Positions 25,941 to 33,392 of a stretch of 64,000 bases of DNA are shown here, piece after piece. The notes beneath the pieces were generated by a model. It searched no databases and was not told the DNA's origin. It saw only the letters and a program-made list of their open reading frames with translations. The DNA lies in assembly GCA_005772895.1 (NCBI GenBank), contig SXIH01000040.1:477-64476 (forward strand). Reading direction: 5' to 3'. Positions within the stretch are counted from its first letter, which is position 1. Every line of letters starts with the position of its first letter. The DNA comes from Bacteroidota bacterium (lineage in GTDB: Bacteria; Bacteroidota; Bacteroidia; 2-12-FULL-35-15). Both the position numbers and the translations under genes were made by a program.

Positions 25941-26543
25941 ATGAGACGCTTTTTTTTAACCATAATTTTCTTCTTTGCATTTGCTCATTTTTCGCTCAGC
26001 CAAGCGGATAGTTTACTTGGTCACTTTTCATTGCAAAAGTTACAAAGCACGGTGATATTAAATTGGACACTTCGCTCTGGCTCCACCTGTAATGGTATAC
26101 AAATATTTCGTTCCGAAGACAGCATGCAATTTGTACAAATTGGCGATATACAAGGCGTATGTGGCAGCTCAGGCACAAGTGTTGATTATTTATTTGAGGA
26201 TACCGCCCCGCTAAATGATAAAACAAATTATTATAAACTTCAACTTGGAACAAATGGCTTTTCCAAGGTTCTTGCTATTAAGATTATTAAAATACCTCCA
26301 AACGGGTCAACGGTAAGACCCAATCCAGTAGCTGAATTTATGGATGTTTATTTCTCAAACCCAAATTCGTTAAGCATGTCCTTTGTGCTTTATGATTTTT
26401 TTGGCCAGGAAGTTTTTCGGAAAGACAATTTAAATGGTGAACATCTGCATTTTGAACGCTCTGGAACAATTTCAGGTATTTACACTTACATGATTGTTTA
26501 CGAAGATGAAATTCATTCCATCGGTAAAATTATACTTCTTTGA
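25941..26543 (+). CDS. T9SS cargo-like protein, paralog of 14969-15574
   Basis: Signal peptide, LNW...SGSTCNG...GVCG...YYKLQLG, VRPNP...GIYTY. Confidence 0.7.
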   Translation: MRRFFLTIIFFFAFAHFSLSQADSLLGHFSLQKLQSTVILNWTLRSGSTCNGIQIFRSEDSMQFVQIGDIQGVCGSSGTSVDYLFEDTAPLNDKTNYYKLQLGTNGFSKVLAIKIIKIPPNGSTVRPNPVAEFMDVYFSNPNSLSMSFVLYDFFGQEVFRKDNLNGEHLHFERSGTISGIYTYMIVYEDEIHSIGKIILL

Positions 26544-26632
26544 ATTCAAAAAAATGTACTTATGTCTTACACAAGACATTTGTTAGAGTACGAAAGAAAT
26601 AGTTTTGAATTGTAATTTAAAATCACTATTCT

Positions 26633-27082
26633 ATGAAACCAAATTTAAAAACCACCCTCATTGGGGGATTAATAGCCACAACAGCAATGACCATGATTAT
26701 GCTCATGGCTCCTATGATGGGTATGCCGGAAATGCCTATTGGTAAAATGTTGGCAGATTTCATGCATCTTCCTGTTTTTTTTGGATGGACGATACATTTT
26801 ATGATTGGATTAATATTCGCATTCATTTATTCTATATTACCTGGTAAAATTTTACCAAATCAAAATTTAATCAGAGGAATTTTGTTCAGCACTATTCCTT
26901 TTTTAATGGCTCAATTGATGATAATGCCTATGATGGGTATGGGCATCTTTACTTCAGGCGCGGGAGAAATGCAAATGAAACTAGTATTTGGTAGCCTTAT
27001 CGGACATCTGATTTACGGAATTGCACTCGGGCTAACAATTAAAAAATTACGACCTGAATATAGTCATGAATGTAAATGTTGA
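26633..27082 (+). CDS. Met-rich membrane protein (DUF6789/DUF2938-like)
   Basis: GGLIATTAMT..M..APMMGMPEM...H...G......MPMMGMG...H.IYG, 4 TM. Confidence 0.65.
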   Translation: MKPNLKTTLIGGLIATTAMTMIMLMAPMMGMPEMPIGKMLADFMHLPVFFGWTIHFMIGLIFAFIYSILPGKILPNQNLIRGILFSTIPFLMAQLMIMPMMGMGIFTSGAGEMQMKLVFGSLIGHLIYGIALGLTIKKLRPEYSHECKC

Positions 27083-27119
27083 TATAAATAATAATTCTAA
27101 TAACTAAAAACAAAATCAA

Positions 27120-27446
27120 ATGAAAAAAGCCCTTACGGTATTAGCATTATCCTTGTTCATAATACAAGTAAATGCACAAACTATGCAAACTGGTGACGAA
27201 AAGAAATCGAAACCAAAAAAACATGTATGTACTTCATCCTGTACAAAGGAAAATCATATGTATGCACATGGCGAAAAAGGTCATGCTTGTAAAGATGAAT
27301 GCAAGAAGATGGAAGGAAAATCTGAAACTAAAATGGCTCTTAAAGACCATGTTTGTACAGATGCTTGTTCCAAAAATGGGAAATGCGTTATGGCTCATGG
27401 AGAAAAGGGACATACCTGTGGCGAAGAATGTAAAAAAATGAAGTAG
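27120..27446 (+). CDS. Secreted His/Cys-rich duplicated-repeat protein
   Basis: Signal peptide, then two HVC-x3-C...AHGEKGH-x-C-x3-CKK units. Confidence 0.75.
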   Translation: MKKALTVLALSLFIIQVNAQTMQTGDEKKSKPKKHVCTSSCTKENHMYAHGEKGHACKDECKKMEGKSETKMALKDHVCTDACSKNGKCVMAHGEKGHTCGEECKKMK

Positions 27447-27468
27447 TTTTAAGCTAACTGTATTTTGG

Positions 27469-27494
27469 AGCCTCACAGATGTGGGGCTTTTTTT
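27469..27494 (+). terminator. Intrinsic terminator
   Basis: AGCCTCAC-AGAT-GTGGGGCT followed by T run. Confidence 0.75.
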
Positions 27495-27529
27495 ATTCAA
27501 CACCATAAATAAAAAACACCGCAAAGTTA

Positions 27530-27691
27530 GGCGGGCGCACAAGCCAACCCTTCAAGCTTATCAAGGTCAAGCCCTCCGGGTTTTGCTAAAAAAATCTCCA
27601 CCCCCTTTCGAAGTATGGGTTTACCCTGAGCGTAGTCGAAGGGGGTAGTATTTTTTTAGTCAAAAACCTTGACAACCTTGGCATGCCCGCC
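27530..27691. repeat. Long imperfect inverted repeat with nested REP (27624-27643)
   Basis: GGCGGGC...GCCCGCC outer arms, CAAGG..TCAAG/CTTGAC..CCTTG and GGTTTTG/CAAAAACC inner arms. Nested CCCTGAGCGTAGTCGAAGGG is the exact reverse complement of 55314-55333. Confidence 0.7.
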
Positions 27692-27789
27692 TTTTGATTT
27701 GGCTTTCTTTTTTATTTTTTTCGGTTTTTGTTTTTTCTTTTAAAAATATATGGGGGGCGCAGCGCAGCATAATTTTTAATGCTCAAGCT

Positions 27790-28212
27790 ATGCTCAAATC
27801 AAAAATCAAAACACACAAAATCGGAAACAGCTACAACCAACCTCACTTTTTTATTCTGAATAAAGGAAGAAATTCAGGTAAACCAAGTCCTGAATGGTAT
27901 AGTAATTCATTTGTTTTCCTTGCAGATTCAGAGGAAGAAAGATGGCACTTTTATTATTTATGTCAAGCCTTATGGCAGGGAAAATATTTTCATCAATTAT
28001 TAATTGGCTCTGTAATTGAGTTTATACGCATTGATGAATTCGCAGTGGCATTGCATCATGCAAATATCACAATCTCTCAAAATAAGGCAGATTTTACAGA
28101 ATTACTTGGGTATTTCAAACAGTTAGATGAACATCAAACTAACCTCACAAAACAAATTAAATTGATTCACCAGGTCAGGCAATCCATGATCTATAAAATG
28201 CTACATAAATAG
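27790..28212 (+). CDS. DUF6943-like protein
   Basis: IKTH...Y..PHFFILNKG.NSGKP.....NSFV...LW....F...L.GSVI.FIRI motif seen in flavobacterial mobile elements. Start moved from 27694. Confidence 0.65.
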   Translation: MLKSKIKTHKIGNSYNQPHFFILNKGRNSGKPSPEWYSNSFVFLADSEEERWHFYYLCQALWQGKYFHQLLIGSVIEFIRIDEFAVALHHANITISQNKADFTELLGYFKQLDEHQTNLTKQIKLIHQVRQSMIYKMLHK

Positions 28213-28654
28213 TGGCAGTTTTTGCCTAATTAAATTTTATATGCAAAGGTAGCAGGTGGGCTGACCCACTTGCCAACACTAATAAAAACAAAAGACTACG
28301 GCATAAACACAGACAAACGCACAGGCTTTCATTTATTTCGTTTCCTTTTGTTTTTATTAATCCACCTACTGAATAAAGCATATAAAATTTAATAATTATG
28401 CTAAAACATCCACGCTTCAAAAAAAATGTCAATCATTCAGGTGTTTGTTCTTTTACACCACAGCTTTTACCTAACAATCTGCAGGTTTCAGCCTATGCTT
28501 TTCAAAGGTATTTGCGCAAATCGTCTTTCACTCATTCTCCAACCCCAAGCATCAAGGCTTATCAGCTTCCGTGCGGTTGCTTTGTTTGGGTTCATTCATC
28601 TGGTGTTCGTCAGCTTTCAGCATTGCCCTTTTAAGGTTTTGCTGAAATAAAAAA

Positions 28655-28675
28655 GGTCGCCCGGTATGGACGACC
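28655..28675 (-). terminator. Intrinsic terminator for the minus-strand module
   Basis: GGTCGCCC...GGACGACC hairpin preceded by an A tract on the + strand. Confidence 0.6.
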
Positions 28676-28703
28676 CTCAATTTACATAACAGATTCTGTA
28701 GGT

Positions 28704-28919
28704 TTATTTCCTCTTACCATTTCGCTTAATGTAGCCCCAAAGCTTTTTTACAGCTTCTTTTAACACAACAGACACAATGAAACTAACCACTGCGCCCAAC
28801 GCTGCAAGGACTACTGTTTTGGTGATGTCTTGCGAATCTATATTCGCTACTACGGTAAAAGCCGTTCCTCCAACAGTGCCTAAAACAGTTCCGCTTTCTA
28901 TGTGTTGATTTGGTGACAT
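28704..28919 (-). CDS. Small 2-TM protein, holin-like
   Basis: GTVGGTAFTVV...DITKTVVLAALGAVVSFIVSVVLK with basic C-terminus. Confidence 0.6.
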   Translation of the reverse strand: MSPNQHIESGTVLGTVGGTAFTVVANIDSQDITKTVVLAALGAVVSFIVSVVLKEAVKKLWGYIKRNGKRK

Positions 28920-28928
28920 TGTTTACTC

Positions 28929-29207
28929 TTAGGAAGTTTGATCAGTTTTACCTGAATCTGCTTTAGTCAGTTTGGAATGAGATTCCAAAGCGATTTTTGG
29001 ACAACCACAACTACCATCATTTTCTGTTGGTTCGATTCGGATGATAACTTTCTCCTCACTGTTATACCCAACGCGGCCGGCATCAGCTTTTGTAAGCTTA
29101 CTGCCTGCTGCTATCGCATCAATCAGTTCGCCTTTGTTCATGTCGAAAGTTTTTACTTTCACATCAAACTCAATGGTTGTGATGTTTTGTTTTTCGTTTT
29201 CTTGCAT
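28929..29207 (-). CDS. Small protein containing an HU N-terminal helix motif
   Basis: MNKGELIDAIAAGSKLTKADAGR versus HU-beta [30 protein letters not shown] is repeated at the C-terminus. Confidence 0.55.
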   Translation of the reverse strand: MQENEKQNITTIEFDVKVKTFDMNKGELIDAIAAGSKLTKADAGRVGYNSEEKVIIRIEPTENDGSCGCPKIALESHSKLTKADSGKTDQTS

Positions 29208-29238
29208 CGCAATTAAATTTTAAAGATTAAACAATGTT

Positions 29239-29463
29239 TTATTTAATAACAGCATCAGTTACTTTCAACTTTCGTTCTGTTTGAATATGAATATTCAAAT
29301 CAAAAGTTTCTTCTGTTTCGGTTTGCTCTTCGCAAACCTCAACTGCAACCATTGTTGTTAATTTTCCCAATTCAGGTCCCGCTTTGAAGCGCGGTACTTT
29401 TTTTGCTTTTACTCGGATGAATAAATCATTTTTAACCTCGTTTTTTTCACATGTATTTTCCAT
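29239..29463 (-). CDS. Small protein containing an HU C-terminal motif
   Basis: IRVKAKKVPRFKAGPEL versus HU I.I.AKKVP.FKAG..L. Start moved from 29511. Confidence 0.55.
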   Translation of the reverse strand: MENTCEKNEVKNDLFIRVKAKKVPRFKAGPELGKLTTMVAVEVCEEQTETEETFDLNIHIQTERKLKVTDAVIK

Positions 29464-29483
29464 TGTGAATGTGATTTTAAGAA

Positions 29484-29750
29484 TTAATACTCTTTTTTTT
29501 TCGGCTCGCACTCTTCGTCTTTCACTGCCACTTGGCTAACCGCAGTCGCTACGCTTCCTGCTACAATTAGGTAACCGCCAGCGGTTACGATCGCAGCGGG
29601 TAGGGCTATTGGTGCTGCCACCAATACGCCACCCACAGCTGCTAATGTTAAGCCAACTAATCGCAGTTTTTTAAAGAACGGAGGAGTGTCAGCTTTGCAA
29701 CGCTCTATGAGTGTTTTTACAAAGCCTTTTTTGTTTCCGATTTCGCCCAT
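29484..29750 (-). CDS. Small 2-TM protein, holin-like
   Basis: ER.KA.TP.FFK.LR.VGL.L.AV.G....AP..LPA.....GGY....G.V..AVSQ. Confidence 0.6.
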   Translation of the reverse strand: MGEIGNKKGFVKTLIERCKADTPPFFKKLRLVGLTLAAVGGVLVAAPIALPAAIVTAGGYLIVAGSVATAVSQVAVKDEECEPKKKEY

Positions 29751-29766
29751 TATTCAGCCTCCCTTC

Positions 29767-30516
29767 TTATGCCACCTCAACAATACTTAAAGTATTGTGA
29801 GCGCCATTTTTAAGTGAATACTGAACTGCATTTACTTCCTGGAAGAATTCAATTTGTAACAAATACAAATCAGTTCCCGCGCCTGCCGGTACACCTGCAG
29901 GCGTTAGCACCACGTTTGTTGCCACTCCATCTATTGGAAGGTTTACTACGTTGCTTGCCTGTAAATCGTACAAGCCAGTCGCAAAATCCAATTTCAGCCA
30001 AGATCCCTTTAAAGTAATGTGTGTAGCACCCGATGGAAAATTAATGTGATTGATTGGCTCCAAACCGTTGATGGTGATTACACCTGTTCCGGTATTTACT
30101 GCATACGGTTGAAACAAGATGCTTCCCAAAATTGCTTTTTTATTGAAGTTGAAATTCTTCAACAACGCTTTTGCAGCTGGTAAAGCAATTGCAACGCCAA
30201 CATTTCTCAAACCTCTTACGCTTGTCGCGTCAAGGTTTTTGATGTCGGTCATTACTTTGGTTAAACGAGAAACAACTCTGTTGTCAGAAGCAGTTTGCAA
30301 CATTGCAAACAATGCTGTTCTCAGGGTTTTACCTGAGCTTGCAGATGAGCCAAACTCCGCACCGTTCTCTCTTGTTCTCACAAAAGCGGGATCGTTTTGG
30401 ATGCGTTCCGCATCCACGCCCCCTTTTTCACGGGCTAAGTGGCCATCTTGCGTTTTGTAAAAGGAAATATCTCCGATTTTCCCTTTTAGCTTGATGATTC
30501 CTTTTTGCCTTGCCAT
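29767..30516 (-). CDS. Conserved hypothetical protein (MARQKG family) of flavobacterial mobile elements
   Basis: Basic N-terminus MARQKGIIKLKGKIGDISFYKT...F.RTRENG.EFG, beta-rich C-terminal half ending EFFQEVN...Y.LKNG. Confidence 0.75.
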   Translation of the reverse strand: MARQKGIIKLKGKIGDISFYKTQDGHLAREKGGVDAERIQNDPAFVRTRENGAEFGSSASSGKTLRTALFAMLQTASDNRVVSRLTKVMTDIKNLDATSVRGLRNVGVAIALPAAKALLKNFNFNKKAILGSILFQPYAVNTGTGVITINGLEPINHINFPSGATHITLKGSWLKLDFATGLYDLQASNVVNLPIDGVATNVVLTPAGVPAGAGTDLYLLQIEFFQEVNAVQYSLKNGAHNTLSIVEVA

Positions 30517-30757
30517 TTTTTATGGATTTAGGTTAATTTTTGATTGAATTTTTGTGTTGCAACACATCAAACGCCACTTTATCGCGAATAAATTTTGTTC
30601 GATATCACAAAAGTATTTCGTGTTCTCTCAGCTCACAACTTCGTTGTTCCGCTTCGTTCACTTTGATTCACTTTGTGCCGATTATGTATAAAAGTGTAGT
30701 AGGTAATCTCGGTATCTTTGCTCTATGTCAACCCCATAGATAAAGCATAGATAAAGT

Positions 30758-30958
30758 ATGAGTAAAACAGTTCGGGCATGTATTTACCCCAAAGATGTGA
30801 TGCGGATAACAGGAAAAAGTGAAAGGTATGCCCGGAAGTTTTTGAATGAGATCAAAAAGCATTTTGAAAAACCCAGCCACCAGTTCGTCACCGTTAGAGA
30901 GTTCTCATCTTATACCGGAATTGATATTTCCACAATAGAAACTTACTTAATTGACTAA
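30758..30958 (+). CDS. Small HTH DNA-binding protein (excisionase-like)
   Basis: CIYPKDVMRITGKSERYARK.L..IK...K..HQFVT..EF..YTGI. Divergent from the MARQKG gene. Confidence 0.7.
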   Translation: MSKTVRACIYPKDVMRITGKSERYARKFLNEIKKHFEKPSHQFVTVREFSSYTGIDISTIETYLID

Positions 30959-31143
30959 TTTATTTTGATTTATTATGTTGCATTTTCACTATATAATAAT
31001 ACCTTTGTCGCAGTTAAAGTTCTTTTTATTACTTCGTCAAATCCGTACATTTTAAGTCAAGATAATGGGGACTAATTCGGTTACTAAATCGGGTTTTGAT
31101 TCGTTAAAATTGTTGATTAACAATATATTGGGAGTGAAACAGT

Positions 31144-31160
31144 AATCTGGCCACCCCGAC
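31144..31160 (+). other. Candidate attR: tRNA-Pro-like 3' end remnant
   Basis: AATCTGGCCACCCCGAC resembles the ...ATCCTGCCACCCCGAC 3' end of CGGGGTG-starting tRNA-Pro genes and lies 78 bp before tRNA-Arg. Confidence 0.55.
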
Positions 31161-31238
31161 AAAATAAATGGTTAATGGTTATTTGTTATATCTTACTTAT
31201 AACATATTCATCGTTAACCTTTTTTTTTCATGTTAATT

Positions 31239-31312
31239 GACCCCATAGCTCAGCTGGATAGAGCAACGGTTTTCTAAACCGTAGGCCTTTGGTTCGAATC
31301 CAAATGGGGTCA
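31239..31312 (+). tRNA. tRNA-Arg (anticodon TCT)
   Basis: GACCCCA/TGGGGTC acceptor stem, GCTCAGCTGGATAGAGC D arm, ACGGT-TT-TCT-AA-ACCGT anticodon arm, GGTTCGAATCC T arm. Confidence 0.97.
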
Positions 31313-31317
31313 CCTTT

Positions 31318-31346
31318 AAAGTCAAGAATTTCTCTTGGCTTTTTTT
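31318..31346 (+). terminator. Terminator after tRNA-Arg
   Basis: AAAGTCAAGA-ATTTC-TCTTGGCTTT followed by T run. Confidence 0.65.
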
Positions 31347-31453
31347 GTTTCTCTAACCTTATACAACAAGTCAATTTTCCCGTATTTTTCATGCAATTAT
31401 CATATCCGAATGCTATATTTGTAATACATTTTAATATCATAAAATTGCCAGAT

Positions 31454-33331
31454 ATGTTTACAAATAATAGGATAGTTTTCTTATTGATTAATTCTGCACT
31501 AGTTCTGCTTACTGCTTGTGGTGGAAATGAAACGGCTACAGTTGTTAACGAAAACAGCAAAAACATCACTGCTGATCAAACAAAATTTATCAAAATTGAA
31601 GATGCTACCACTTTCCTGCCTTCATGGTCGAAAGAAAATGTATTGGTTTACAATGTTGTAGGAGAACCCGATGAGATGCATCCTACAAACGGGATTTTGG
31701 TGTATCGTGGCGAAATTATGGGTTATACACAGGTTTATTTGATCGGAACCGATTTTGAAACACTTACTTTGCGCCCGATTGCTGTGAAAGCAATGCCTAC
31801 CGTTTCTGACAATGGAAAAGAGTATACTTATGAAGTGCGCAATGATATTAAGTTTGATGATGGAAGCACATTATCTGTGGAAGATATTATATACACTTAT
31901 AAGGCAAATAAATGTCCGCTGACAAATAACCCAAGCGCTAAATCCTATCTGGAAAATTTAGTAGATATTGTTGCAGATAAAAACAATCCGAATGTATTTA
32001 CTATCATCATGAAAGAAAAGTACATTCAAAACATTAGTTTTTTGGCTGAGTTTCCAATTATGCAAAGAACTTTTTTTGATCCGAAAAATGTTTTATCAAA
32101 ATATACTTTTACTCAATTCAACGATAAAAAATTTAAAGCCGATGAGCATAAAGATTTAACCGAATGGGCAACGGAGTTCAATAGTGCTAAGTATAGCAGA
32201 GATCCAAAGTATACAGTTGGAGCAGGAGCTTATCGTTTAGAGAAATGGGATGCCGGACAAAGCATAACTTTAGTTCGCAAAGAAAATCACTGGACAAAAG
32301 GAACAGATAAAAAATATTACACTTCTTATCCGGATAAAATTGTTTTCAAACTAAACAAAGAGCCTAACTCTCAGATGTTAGAATTTAAAGCACAAACGTT
32401 GGATGCTTCTACATCTCTTTCTAATAAAACCTTAACGGAGCTTCAGGCTGATACAACTTTTAATGCCAATTATAATTCACGCTTTACTGATACGTATAAT
32501 TATGGTTTCATTGCTATGAATATGAAACCCGATGGAATCAAGAACAAAAAATTGTTTGTCGATAAGAATGTCAGAAGAGCAATGGCTTTACTTGTTCCGC
32601 TTGACGATATGAACAGAATAAATAATAAAGGAAGAAATAAGCGTACTGTCGGACCGGTTTCAATTTTAAAACCCGAATACAATAAAGATTTAAAATTAAT
32701 TCCTTTTGATATTGAAGCTGCAAAAAAATTATTGGATGAAGCAGGATGGAAAGATACGGATGGCGATAATATCCGTGATAAAATGATTGATGGCGAAAAA
32801 GTAAAAATGGAATTCAATTTGAATTATTTTACTACGTCTATCGAATGGAAAGATGTTGCAAAAATGGTTTCTGAACAAATGTATAAAGCAGGAGTGGTGG
32901 CAATCCTTAATCCGCTCGATCCTTCTGTTTTATTTGATCAGGCTGCCAATCACAATTTTGATATGTTAATTGCTTTTTGGGCAGGAAATGTATTTCCTGA
33001 AGACTACACACAAATTTGGCATACGTCTGCTTGGGCTTCAAAAGGCTCAAACTTTGCAGGTTTTGGTAATGCAGAATCAGATGCTTTGATTGATTCAATA
33101 AAATATACACTTGATCCTGCTAAATCAATTCCTATGTTAAAACGTTTCCAAGAAATTGTATACGATGAGCAGCCATATATTTTTATGTTTGCCGGAGTAA
33201 GAAGAAATATTATTCACAAACGTTTTGGTAATCAGGAAATGTATTTTGAACGACCTGGTGTGTGGTTAAGTAATCTTCGCTTACTGCCAAGTTCAGGTAC
33301 TGCTATGAAATTATCTGCCAATCCAAATTAG
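31454..33331 (+). CDS. oppA: Peptide ABC transporter substrate-binding lipoprotein (OppA/DppA-like)
   Basis: Lipobox LLTA-C after moving start to 31454. KFDDG..LS.EDI.YT, GAGAYRL..W, NVRRAMA, YDEQPYIF. Confidence 0.9.
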   Translation: MFTNNRIVFLLINSALVLLTACGGNETATVVNENSKNITADQTKFIKIEDATTFLPSWSKENVLVYNVVGEPDEMHPTNGILVYRGEIMGYTQVYLIGTDFETLTLRPIAVKAMPTVSDNGKEYTYEVRNDIKFDDGSTLSVEDIIYTYKANKCPLTNNPSAKSYLENLVDIVADKNNPNVFTIIMKEKYIQNISFLAEFPIMQRTFFDPKNVLSKYTFTQFNDKKFKADEHKDLTEWATEFNSAKYSRDPKYTVGAGAYRLEKWDAGQSITLVRKENHWTKGTDKKYYTSYPDKIVFKLNKEPNSQMLEFKAQTLDASTSLSNKTLTELQADTTFNANYNSRFTDTYNYGFIAMNMKPDGIKNKKLFVDKNVRRAMALLVPLDDMNRINNKGRNKRTVGPVSILKPEYNKDLKLIPFDIEAAKKLLDEAGWKDTDGDNIRDKMIDGEKVKMEFNLNYFTTSIEWKDVAKMVSEQMYKAGVVAILNPLDPSVLFDQAANHNFDMLIAFWAGNVFPEDYTQIWHTSAWASKGSNFAGFGNAESDALIDSIKYTLDPAKSIPMLKRFQEIVYDEQPYIFMFAGVRRNIIHKRFGNQEMYFERPGVWLSNLRLLPSSGTAMKLSANPN

Positions 33332-33392
33332 GATGAGAATAAATGGTTGAAGAGTAAACAAGATGCTTTTTTCTTTTTGATATCGAAATTCT

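Larger units (their letters stand above)
1..31160. mobile_element. Integrative genomic island (left end lies upstream of the window)
   Basis: Integrase at the left edge, RteC + HTH excisionase + replication/ATPase core at 17.0-19.7 kb, accessory cargo, candidate attR at 31144-31160, and housekeeping genes resuming after 31239. Confidence 0.75.

Noticed and set aside
28226-28650. ORFs 28226-28432, 28398-28634 and 28426-28650
   Set aside because: Mutually overlapping with no recognisable features. The region is better explained as structured non-coding DNA.
31239-31312. tRNA-Arg as the island integration site
   Set aside because: The island lies on its 5' side, and no duplicate of its 3' end was noticed in the window. 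The tRNA-Pro-like remnant fits better.
31289-31453. N-terminal extension of oppA and antisense ORF 31228-31569
   Set aside because: They overlap the tRNA and its terminator. The lipoprotein signal begins at 31454.
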